Shown piece after piece: positions 24,457 through 35,700 of a stretch of DNA of 64,000 nucleotides; position 1 is the first letter of the stretch, and every line of letters begins with the position of its first letter. The stretch covers positions 34,100,001-34,164,000 of the forward strand of contig OZ024744.1 of assembly GCA_964016885.1 (NCBI GenBank), in the 5' to 3' direction. The stretch is from Eledone cirrhosa (lineage: Eukaryota). Below the pieces are notes generated by a model. That model was not told the DNA's origin and did not search any database. It was given only the letters and a program-made list of their open reading frames with translations. A program made the translations under genes and the position numbers.

Positions 24457-25045
24457 TCTATATCATAATATATAAAATAATATAAAATATTGGAACTTCC
24501 ATCATCCTTTTGAGAAACGTTAACCCGCTACTTCTATGCAATGGCACACACTTTACAGCTAAAAGGATGATGAACCATCTCCTAGAGGTCACTGTGCTTG
24601 GAGGCAATCATTAAGGATAAAATGCATTTATTACCAAGATTTCTCTAAACCCTTCCTCTACCGAGCTACCTTTCAAATTCTCAATACTTCAGTTGCCTGT
24701 TAGAGCCACCTTGCTATGACCATAAATAAAGTTCAGGCTCAGAGTTTCAAAGTTGTAGAATTGAATATAAGAGAATCGCCTTGAACCCATGGACAGTTAT
24801 ATGTAGGTTGTTCATGAGTGAGAACACCTAGAAATATTCATATATTATGCGTGAATGGTAAAACGAAGAATCTAGTGTATCTGGAAGATGTTTTACTGTT
24901 TTTTTTTTGTTTCTTTGTTACACACATACTCTCACATCGGTCTCGCCTCATACTGTAAACAAGACAAACATCCAATACAGTCATTTTCTCTTCTACCTGT
25001 CTTCTCTTATCTCTTTACCCGGGCGACGCTGGATAGGTCAGCTAG
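24457..25045 (+). mobile_element. Helitron derivative carrying a Pif1 C-terminal remnant
   Basis: ELPFKF..QLPVR..AMTINKVQAQS...HGQLYVGCS. 3' end CCCGGGCGACGCTGG...CAGCTAG|T. Confidence 0.85.
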
Positions 25046-25190
25046 TATATTATAATTTACTATGATCAATAAACCTCTAAACAACACCTTCACCGCAATA
25101 TATTTTGGAAATATCCAGAGTGGTGGAAAGGGTTGTATGCCACCACCACACTATCACCTCTCTCAATATTTACCGTGGATTACTTTAAAC

Positions 25191-26560
25191 TAGCGATCGC
25201 CAAACTTTCTGACCTCACGGCGCATTAAATTCATGATTCTGAATCCCACGGACACCTAATATGAATTTAAAAAAAAAGGTAAATATTTTGTAAAATAGTG
25301 ATCAGAGAACTCTCATTTTATTAACAATGAAATGCACCTATTAAATATAACAAAATTATAAATGCTTATTTAATTATAACAAAATTATAAATGCTTATGT
25401 AATCATAACAAAATCTTTAAAGCCTGTTTAATTGTAACAATGTTGTTAAAGTTAGTTTATTACAAAATAATTGAAGCTTATTTAAGTGTTACACATTTTA
25501 GTGTGATATTTGTTCCCGCTCGTTTGAAATAAGTTCATGAATTTTTGGCTCCAATGACGTTACTGTAAGACGGGGAGCAATTTTTATTTCAAGCCGAGAC
25601 AGGCATCAAGTTTTAATTGCTGTGACAGATGAAAATGTCTTTTTGCACAAATATGTTGTTGAAAATTGAATCAAAATTTTCATTACTTTTTTCACTCAGA
25701 AATAGGTATTCATTTTAGATGGAGAGCCAAAAATGAGGTCTTGATAAGGATGACTGGAATTTAGCTTTGAGACTGTTGTCGGATGCTAGATCGAAGAGGT
25801 TTTCGTTTTCATTCGGGCTTAAATTGCTATCTTTAATGTTTGCTGCAAATGGATCTATTATCCACATATTTTTTTCCTTTAGAGAATAACGACCTAAAGA
25901 TTCTGTGAGTGATTGTAAGTGCTGTTGAACAATGGTTACCACCTGCAGGTTGACATCCTTCACATAAATTCATCCAAATTTGAAAACATTTGCAGATCTT
26001 CTTCAGTCAACCGCTTTTGCCACAGTGATATTTTCTTTTGAAAAGCATCCATCATATCTTGTAGTGTGAATAAGTACGTAAGTTGTCCTTTCAAGAATAC
26101 GTGTAGCTCATTTAACAGTGAAAAAATATCTACTAGGTATGCACGCTTGGCTACCCACTGATCGTCGGACAAGAGTTCTTGAAATTTCGGATGATTTTGG
26201 TGCTGGAAAAATAGTTTATCAGCTTCGCGCAGGGTGAACAGTCGTGTTAGTATTTTACCCCACGAGATCCATCTCACCTCAGCGGGAAGAATACTGGGAG
26301 TATACTGGGAACCAATTTCTTCACAAAGTGCCTCAAATGTTCGAGAATTCAGCGCTTTCTGTCGAATTTCATTTATAATTTTGATAATGTCTGATAATAC
26401 TTCATGTAGCTCTGGGGACATTTTCCCCCGCAAGTTGCTCACGATGTATTATGCAGTGTGTAGACAAAATGTCTGGGTAACCAACATTTTTCACCTTTGC
26501 AACAATTCCTGAAAGATGTCCAGTCATGTTTGCGGTACCGTCTGTAAATATCTCAATAGA
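25191..26560 (-). mobile_element. hAT (Buster/Charlie) DNA transposon remnant with one TIR
   Basis: TDGTANMTG...THCIIHREQLA, EVRWISWGKILTR, YLVDIFSLLNELH, WIIDPF. TIR-like TAGCGATCGCCAAACTTT at 25191. Confidence 0.88.
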
Positions 26561-27237
26561 TGAAATATAAAAGGTTTTGAGAAGAAAGAATAGAGTGGTC
26601 CAATTGTTGAAACAACGGAACATCCAGATCATGAAATTAGCGATTTCCACTGTTACGTTCACTCTTAGCAAACTTTCTCCGGGTATCAAACTGACGACCT
26701 AATAGTGTCTTTCTTTATTTGTTCTATTCCTATATCATTCCAGCAGACGACCATTACTTGTGTGTGTATGTGTAGGTTTGTGTGAGTGTGCGTATGAATG
26801 TCAGTGTCATAATATACAGTCAATCATGTAATTCTCTCCCCTAAGTAAACATACAACCTCACTCACTCATACACATCTCACTTTAGTGGTGTTGGTGGGA
26901 GATAGCTGTGGTAGCAATAAGAGTAGAAACAACAGTGACAGTAGGAGTAGCGTGTGGGACGTCATAAGATAGACGCTGCAGAAAGTTTTGAGCTAGATAG
27001 ATAGATAAATTTCTATTTATTTGCCACGAGGGCACAAAAGAAGGGGACATTTACACAGTGGGGGAGTTTACATGAATCGAGTAAAGAAAAAAGGAATAAC
27101 AATAATAATATAACAATAAAAAGTCCTCAAAAGGGAGGGGGCGTGTTGGGGATTGCACATACCCCCGAAAAGTGTGCAATTCTTTTCGCGGGGGAAGCCC
27201 AGAGAGGAGGCGCTCCCCCTTTCCTCTTCACTTCTTC

Positions 27238-30200
27238 ACCTACAGAACAATGTAGAGAGAAGGCCCATTTACACGGGCCATTCTCGCTTCTTTCACCCAC
27301 CTTTCATAAAACTGTCTGGGGCCAAGCACTTCTCTCTCCATCCTGATCCTTCTTCCGAAGTGGTATCAGAAGAAGTAAATCAGGTGATGGCCGGAGAGAA
27401 AGTCACCCGACCTCAGACCTTTCAGGCGCGTCCACCACACAACCTCTTTCATCATGGCTATTACGAACAGAAAGACCGCCTCTGCTTCATTTCTGAAGGG
27501 AGGAGGCGGCTTGATGTTCACCACAGACTCGGCGGTTAATCGAATCGGCGCCACACGCGACAGCAGTCGTTCGACGTAGCCCCACAGATCGGCAACGCCC
27601 GGGCAGTGTACCAGTGCATGCGCAACGGTTTCCTCGTCGCGCACGCATCTGGGACAGATCTTTTTCGCGGGATCCCTGCCCGGGCGCCCGTGTCTGTAGA
27701 GCTTTTCTCGAACGGGCAGAGCCCCCCGGTAACACTGCCAGGCTAGGAACCTCTGGAAGTTGTCCATGGGTCCCGGGCCGAAAGTTCTACCGAACAGGCT
27801 GGCCAGTTCGTCCTCCTCCATGCCTAGCGACTCTCCAAGGGTGTCGTCGCCCTTGCTAGCCACCAACCCTGTATAGAATGTCGAGGTGGATTCTCCACTG
27901 ATAGTCGGGTCCGCTTGCCAGATAGCCGTGAGCGCCTGGGCACACTCGGTGTGCCAGTTGCCCAGTTTTCTCGGTCTTTGCTTCACCCAGGATTGCAGTT
28001 CGGTGAGCGAGACGAGCTGTGGGAAGGCTCGCCTCACAAACGGGGTCCACACCGGCTGACCGTTGAGGAATACCTGTAGATGCCGTAGCCTCAATGCGTG
28101 CCTACGCATCAACAGCCACGGCATACCCAGCCCTCCTTTCGAAGGGTGCTGGCAGCAGATGGATCTCCTCACCATGGGAGGCCGCTTCTTCCAGAGGAAC
28201 TGGAAGAGCATGCGTTCCATGATGGTGAGCTTTTCCTTGGGGCAAGGCATGACGGTCAGGCGGTAGTAGATGACGGACGCTATGTAAGCGTTCGTCACCT
28301 CCGCCCGACCTTTCAGTAATAGTTTGCACTTGGCCCACTTCTGGGTCAGCGCAAACACCCTGCTCGTCACCTCGCCCCAATTCTTCTCCACCTGGAGGTC
28401 CGGTCCGAACCAGACCCCGAGCAGCTTCACCGGGCCCTCCGTCCACCGCCCGAAGACAACGTCTAACGGCATCGGTTTGCCCCTCCACGTTCCGAGTTGC
28501 AAACCGACTGACTTGTCCTGGTTCAGCCTAGCCCCCGTCAGCCTATCGTATTCCTCCAGTAGGGTGGCGATCGCCCCGATTTCCGAGGCGTCCGCCACCA
28601 TTACTGTTACGTCGTCGGCATAGGCCGAGACCGCTTTGTGCAATCCCGGTTCCAGGGGTATGCCCCGCAGCAACTCCAACTTCCGCAGCAGTGGCCCGAG
28701 AGTCAATACGTACAGAAGGGAGGAGAGGGGGCACCCCTGTCTGATGGATCGGGTGATTTGAAACGGCTCCGAGAGGTAGCCGTTTACTTTAATCCTAGAG
28801 TAGATGTTGCCACTGTGCATGGCAGAAATCCAGCCCCTGAAAACGGGTCCGAAGCCCACCGCCACTAGCACCGCATCCAGGTAACCATGGTCGACCCTAT
28901 CGAACGCCTTAGATTGATCCAAGTTGATCAGGGCCCCACCAAAGCCGGGTTCGTTGCCAACCCTCTCTATGATGTATCGCATGAGGTGGAGGTTGTCGTG
29001 AATGGACCTGGACGGGATAGCGCATGTCTGCGCGTCTCCCACCAAACCACCCACCACAAGCGCCAACCTCTTCGCCAACACCTTGGCCAAAATCTGTAAC
29101 TCTGCATTCAGCAGAGTTATGGGCCTAAAGTTACTTAAGTCGTCCCCCTTGCTCTCGTCCTTCCTCACTAGCGTGACCACGCCCTTGGTCACAGAACAGG
29201 GAATTCTCCCGTTCTGTTGCCAGTTGCAATAGACAGCCTCGAGGAGTTCGGAGAACAAGACCGGCATAGCTAAATAAAGTTCGCATGGTAGACCATCGAG
29301 ACCCGGGGATTTGCGTCTGCTGCATTGGCTGAGCGCTTCCCCGATTTCAGTGGCTGTGATTGGCCTTTCGCAGCACTCCGCTTCGCCGCTCGAAAGACGC
29401 GGTAGACCGTCGAGGTATGGACCGAAGTCCACATCCCCGTCCGGCCCCCCGCCTCCTCCGAACAGTCGAGCAAAGTGTCTTTGAAAGGCCTCGCACATCC
29501 GCTCAGGTTCAAGGATCACCCGTCCATCCTGGTCTCGCAAAGACCGAATGGTGGATTTAATCCCACTCTTGGCTTCTGTCACGCGGGCCCAGCTAACAGC
29601 TTTGGTCCCCTCGTTTCCTAAAGCACGTATTTTACTTCGGACAACGCAGCCTTCGTGCTTCGCGTCAAAGAACTGGCTCAACGCCGTTCTCGCCGCTAAC
29701 ACTCTGGCTACGTCTCCGCTCCTAATCGCCTCTTCTAGTTTATCTGTTAACTCCCTTTCCTTCCTATTTCTATTCGCCGCTAGTTCCTTACTGTAACCTA
29801 TCGAACTTACTCTAATCTCTCTCTTTAGAGATACCCACCACCTACTGTTGACGATCGCTCCCGTCAACCGCATCTTAACTAAGCTACTAATCCGGTTCCT
29901 GTAATCTTTCTTTGCCGGCAAGGACAAGTTCATCTTCCAGTAACCGGGACCCTGTCTATGCGTTCTATCAAGGTTGACCACGCAGGTCACTAATTTGTGA
30001 TCTGAATAGCCAACCATGATCAATTCTGGACAACTAAATACGTCCCTATCCTTACTCCTAACCAAAAACCTATCTAGGTACGATCTAGATTGTCCACTGC
30101 GGTTTGCCCAGGTCCAGGTTGGCGCAGTTGGACAATCTAGTCAAAATCTATCGACCAGGTCGAATCGATCGAGTAACCCCTTGAGGCTGCTACACGCCCC

Positions 30201-30678
30201 CTCTATCGGGACATGCCCCTGCATAGTCCCAACGCGCATCTAGGATTCCATTCCAGTCCCCCCACTAAAAGCAGGGAACGCGACGTTCCTAGAAAAGTCT
30301 CCAGACGCTGGAAGAAGTCGGCTCTTTCCGCCCCGAAGGGGGCATAAAGACCGACCAGTCTGAAAGCCCCGCCTTCACCGCCTCCGACGTCCAGCACCAG
30401 TAATCGACCCCCCGGGTCCGAGTGAACAATCTGTACGTCGAGAGCCAGACGTTTATCCAGCAGTACGGCAACTCCCCCCCCCCCCCCCCGCCACCGGGTT
30501 GACAGAGAGATGCGTGCATCTCAAAGTCATCGAAGGCGGGCGCCAGCTGTCTCACGCTGCTGATCCGACTCTCGCAAACAACCATCACATCTATACTTTG
30601 TGACCTGAGGTCATTTAGAAGCTTTGCTTGCTTCCAAGCTGAGCCCAGGCCACGCGCGTTCAAACAGCCAACTCTCAA
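27238..30678 (-). pseudogene. Tx1-like ORF2 (APE endonuclease, RT, Zn finger), disrupted
   Basis: LNARG, CESR, LYAP, YLDRF, SDHKLV, SPGLDG, RPITLLN, DQSKAFD, RQGCPLS, YADD, CPRC-x8-H-x4-C. Confidence 0.92.
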
Positions 30679-31192
30679 TTGATCTATTTTGGTGTTGAAA
30701 GTGAAGAAAGAAAAACACCTATCTCTCCGGGTTGTGTAATTTCCATGGCATCAGGTGTGTTGGGTGGAGGGATGTTTTGTGGTGGTGTGGGGGTACACGT
30801 GTGTGGTGGGGTTGGGGTATTTGGAGTTGTGTCAGGGAGAGGGGCGGTTATGGGGAAATCTTTCAAGAGGACGCGATTTAAAGGTTTTAAACAGGGGGGG
30901 GGGCTCACGTCCCGTCTAAATTGTTCTTTTAAGGAATGATAAAGGTCCAGAGGGACCTTTATCATTTTTAAATGGGTGAAGTTCTCTGTTGAGATAAAGT
31001 TTGGCCCTTCGGTCTGCACCATAGGGTTATTGTTTATTAATTTAACCAGTTTTTTGTTTTCTTTATTTATATATGTGTATTGCAACGTCTTTTTTTGTGA
31101 TGCTGTCAATGTTTCGGAGAGGGAAGGCGCAGATTTATTTTTGTTTGTTGAGGGTGGGGTGTTTTTGATTGGAGTTGGTGTTTGTGTGTGGG

Positions 31193-32518
31193 TTATTTGT
31201 GGTGTGCTGGGTGTGTGTTTTCTTTTTTTTCTTTTAACTTGTCTGAAGGCTTCTCCTCCTTCTTCTTCAGAAGTTGGGGGAAACTCTTCAGCGCTAGGTG
31301 GGAGGGACGTGTTGTGTGGTTGTTTTTTTTTGCGGGAGGGGTAGATTTGTTACTGTTTTTTTTATTATTTGTTTGGAATGGGTTTTGTGGTGGTGGTGGT
31401 AATGTTTGTGTCGTGCTTGTGGTTGGTGATGGTGGTGGTGATGTTTGTGTTGTGGTTGGTGGTGGTGATTTTTGTGTCGTGCTTGTGTTTGGTGCTGGTG
31501 GTGGTGATGTTTGTGTTGTGTTTGTGGTTGGTGGTGTCTGTATTTTGTTTGCTGTGTGTGGTATTAGTGTATTTTTGGAGGTGGGTGGTGTTGGTGTACT
31601 GTTTGTGGTGGGTGTGGGCAATAGTCCTTTTTGGGGGATACGTTTCGGGCAGTTAGCCTTAACGTGTCCCCTTTCCATGCATAAATAGCATGCTGGTCTT
31701 CTCCCCTCTACAATTATGTCTATTGGGGTAAGGTCATCCAGCCAGATGCGATCCGGGATTTGTGCTATTCTTTCGGGCCTCATTTGGACTAGTATGTCGA
31801 GGCCCATTCCCAGGAACCCATCTCCAGTTGCCTTCCCCATTGACAGCATTGTGTCTTCGCCCATATCAATGAAGCCAGCAATAGCCCACCAGAAGTCCAT
31901 TGTGGGCAACATTGTTTTTACTTTTACTCTCTGTGTTCTTCTACCCATGTAGGAGGGATAGAAGCTGTATGTTGTCGATGAGAGTGGGCTTAGGGAAAGC
32001 TTCTCCGCCGTTTCCTTGTCTTTTGTTAGGACCGAAATGCTGCCATAGAGTCGGTCCTTTCGTATGAAGAGAATATTCTTCATATAGTCTTTTAGGACCA
32101 ACTCTATTTCCATTTGGCTGGGCTGTGTTGGCTTTCTTGTCTGGTTCAGTATAGTTCTGAAGAGAACTGTGCTCTCTGTTCTGGCTTTCTTGAATTCTGG
32201 GGGGGAGTTAATGGAAAACATTCCGTTCTCCCCCAAGACTATTTGTTTTTTCGCTTCGGCCAGTTTTTCTCTGGCGGCAGTTAAGTCAATTGGTGTGTAT
32301 ATTATGGATTGTTTTGTTTTCTGGGCGAAAGTTGCCCTGTTGTTATTTGTATTATTTTCTGTTTGTTTGTTTTCCGTTTGCTCATTTTCTTTAACATTTG
32401 TTTTTTCATTTTCCTTGTTTGTTTCGTTGTCTAATTTCGTTGTAATTATTTTTTGTTCTTCAGACTTGGGGGGCGTGGCAGAGCTAATGGCAGACATGTC
32501 TGCCATCTTTTCCGCCAT
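31193..32518 (-). CDS. Tx1-like ORF1 (gag-like, CCHC knuckle, Pro/Thr-rich linker); continues in the -1 frame to 30684
   Basis: CYLCMERGHVKANCP. The -1 frame is open from 31349 to 30684. Confidence 0.85.
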   Translation of the reverse strand: MAEKMADMSAISSATPPKSEEQKIITTKLDNETNKENEKTNVKENEQTENKQTENNTNNNRATFAQKTKQSIIYTPIDLTAAREKLAEAKKQIVLGENGMFSINSPPEFKKARTESTVLFRTILNQTRKPTQPSQMEIELVLKDYMKNILFIRKDRLYGSISVLTKDKETAEKLSLSPLSSTTYSFYPSYMGRRTQRVKVKTMLPTMDFWWAIAGFIDMGEDTMLSMGKATGDGFLGMGLDILVQMRPERIAQIPDRIWLDDLTPIDIIVEGRRPACYLCMERGHVKANCPKRIPQKGLLPTPTTNSTPTPPTSKNTLIPHTANKIQTPPTTNTTQTSPPPAPNTSTTQKSPPPTTTQTSPPPSPTTSTTQTLPPPPQNPFQTNNKKNSNKSTPPAKKNNHTTRPSHLALKSFPQLLKKKEEKPSDKLKEKKENTHPAHHK

Positions 32519-32725
32519 GCTGCCAAGAAAGAAATTTTTCGGCCCAAAAATAGATATTTATTTTACCCCCTAAAAAGGGGGTAAATGCAAAAATGTTTCC
32601 CTAAATAACGGGTTAGTGTTCCAAATGTGTTGCACTGAAAAATGTATCCGGTACTTACTATAGTAAGGGTAAATCCTGATGGAATAGCGGAGCCGATGTG
32701 AAGCGTGTCTTACTCTATCAAGATA

Positions 32726-35700
32726 AATTTCTATTTATTTGCCACGAGGGCACAAAAGAAGGGGACATTTACACAGTGGGGGAGTTTACATAAATCGAGT
32801 AAAGAAAAAAGGAATAACAATAATAATATAACAATAAAAAGTCCTCAAAAGGGAGGGGGCGTGTTGGGGATTGCACATACCCCCGAAAAGTGTGCAACTC
32901 TTTTCGCGGGGGAAGCCCAGAGAGGAGGCGCTCCCCCTTTCCTCTTCACTTCTTCACCTACAGAACAATGTAGAGTGAAGGCCCATTTACACGGGCCATT
33001 CTCGCTTCTTTCACCCACCTTTCATAAAACTGTCTGGGACCAAGCACTTCTCTCTCCATCCTGATTCTTCTTCCGAAGTGGTATCGGAAGAAGTAAACCA
33101 GGTGATGGCCGGAGAGAAAGTCACCCGACCTCAGACCTTTCAGGCGCGTCCACCACACAACCTCTTTCATCATGGCTATTACGCACAGAAAGACCGCCTC
33201 TGCTTCATTTCTGAAGGGAGGAGGCGGCTTGATGTTCACCACAGACTCGGCGGTTAATCGAATCGGCGCCACACGCGACAGCAGTCGTTCGACGTAGCCC
33301 CACAGATCGGCAACGCCCGGGCAGTGTACCAGTGCATGCGCAACGGTTTCCTCGTCGCGCACGCATCTGGGACAGATCTTTTTCGCGGGATCCCTGCCCG
33401 GGCGCCCGTGTCTGTAGAGCTTTTCTCGAACGGGCAGAGCCCCCCGGTAACACTGCCAGGCTAGGGACCTCTGGAAGTTGTCCATGGGTCCCGGGCCGAA
33501 AGTTCTACCGAACAGGCTGGCCAGTTCGTCCTCCCCCATGCCTAGCGACTCTCCAAGGGTGTCGTCGCCCCTGCTAGCCACCAACCCTCTATAGAATGTC
33601 GAGGTGGATTCTCCACTGACAGTCGGGTCCGCTTGCCAGATAGCCGTGAGCGCCTGGGCACACTCGGTGTGCCAGTTGCCCAGTTTTCTCGGTCTTTGCT
33701 TCACCCAGGATTGCAGTTCGGTGAGCGAGACGAGCTGTGGGAAGGCTCGCCTCACAAACGGGGCCCACACCGGCTGACCGTTGAGGAATACCTGTAGATG
33801 CCGTAGCCTCAATGCGTGCCTACGCATCAACAGCCACGGCATACCCAGCCCTCCTTTCGAAGGGTGCTGGCAGCAGATGGATCTCCTCACCATGGGAGGC
33901 CGCTTCTTCCAGAGGAACTGGAAGAGCATGCGTTCCATGATGGTGAGCTTTTCCTTGGGGCAAGGCACGACGGTCAGGCGGTAGTAGATGGCGGACGCTA
34001 TGTAAGCGTTCGTCACCTCCGCCCGACCTTTCAGTGATAGTTTGCACTTGGCCCACTTCTGGGTCAGCGCAAACACCCTGCTCGTCACCTCGCCCCAATT
34101 CTTCTCCACCTGGAGGTCCGGTCCGAACCAGACCCCGAGCAGCTTCACCGGGCCCTCCGTCCACCGCCCGACGACACCGTCTAACGGCATCGGTTTGCCC
34201 CTCCACGTTCCGAGTTGCAAACCGACTGACTTGTCCTGGTTCAGCTTAGCCCCCGTCAGCCTTTCGTATTCCTCCAGTAGGGTGGCGATCGCCCCGATTT
34301 CCGAGGCGTCCGCCACCATTACTGTTACGTCGTCGGCATAGGCCGAGACCGCTTTGTGCAATCCCGGTTCCAGGGGTATGCCCCGCAGCAACTCCAACTT
34401 CCGCAGCAGTGGCTCGAGAGTCAATACGTACAGAAGGGAGGAGAGGGGGCACCCCTGTCTGATGGATCGGGTGATTTGAAACGGCTCCGAGAGGTAGCCG
34501 TTTACTTTAATCCTAGAGTAGATGTTGCCACTGTGCATGGCAGAAATCCAGCCCCTGAAAACGGGCCGAAGCCCGCCGCCGCTAGCACCGCATCCAGGTA
34601 ACCATGGTCGACCCTATCGAACGCCTTAGATTGATCCAAGTTGATCAGGGCCCCACCAAAGCCGGGTTCGTAGCCAACCCTCTCTATGATGTATCGCATG
34701 AGGTGGAGGTTGTCGTGAATGGACCTGGACGGGATAGCGCATGTCTGCGCGTCTCCCACCAAACCACCCACCCCAAGCGCCAACCTCTTCGCCAACACCT
34801 TGGCCAAAATCTGTAACTCTGCATTCAGCAGAGTTATGGGCCTAAAGTTACTTAAGTCGTCCCCCTTGCTCTCGTCCTTCCTCACTAGCGTGACCACGCC
34901 CTTGGTCACAGAACAGGGAATTCTCCCGTTTTGTTGCCAGTTGCAATAGACAGCCTCGAGGAGTTCGGAGAACAAGACCGGCATAGCTAAATAAAGTTCG
35001 TATGGTAGACCATCGAGACCCGGGGATTTGCGTCTGCTGCATTGGCTGAGCGCTTCCCCGATTTCAGTGGCTGTGATTGGCCTTTCGCAGCACTCCGCTT
35101 CGCCGCTCGAAAGACGCGGTAGACCGTCGAGGTATGGACCGAAGTCCACATCCCCGTCCGGCCCCCCGCCACCTCCGAACAGTCGAGCAAAGTGCCTTTG
35201 AAAGGTCTCGCATATTCGCTCAGGTTCAAGGATCACCCGTCCATCCTGGTGTCGCAAAGACCGAATGGTGGATTTAATCCCACTCTTGGCTTCTGCCACG
35301 CGGGCCCAGCTAACAGCTTTGGTCCCCTCGTTTCCTAAAGCACGTATTTTACTTCGGACAACGCAGCCTTCGTGCTTCGCGTCAAAGAACTGGCTCAATG
35401 CCGTTCTCGTCGCTAACACTCTGGCTACGTCTCCGCTCCTAATCGCCTCTTCTAGTTTATCTGTTAACTCCTTTCCCTCCTATTTCTATTCGCCGCTAGT
35501 TCCTTACTGTAACCTATCGAACTTACTCTAATCTCTCTCTTTAGAGATATCCACCACCTACTGTTGACGATCGCTCCCGTCAACCGCATCTTAACTAAGC
35601 TACTAATCCGGTTTCTGTAATCTTTCTTTGTCGGTAAGGACAAGTTCATCTTCCAGTAACCCGGACCCTGTCTATGCATTCTATCAAGGTTGACCACGCA

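Larger units (their letters stand above)
27008..32711 (-). mobile_element. L1/Tx1-clade LINE, full-length copy 1 (~5.7 kb)
   Basis: ORF1 with a CCHC knuckle, ORF2 APE+RT+CCHC, AATAAA, then a (TATC)3 tail. ORF2 carries frameshifts and a premature stop. Confidence 0.95.
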
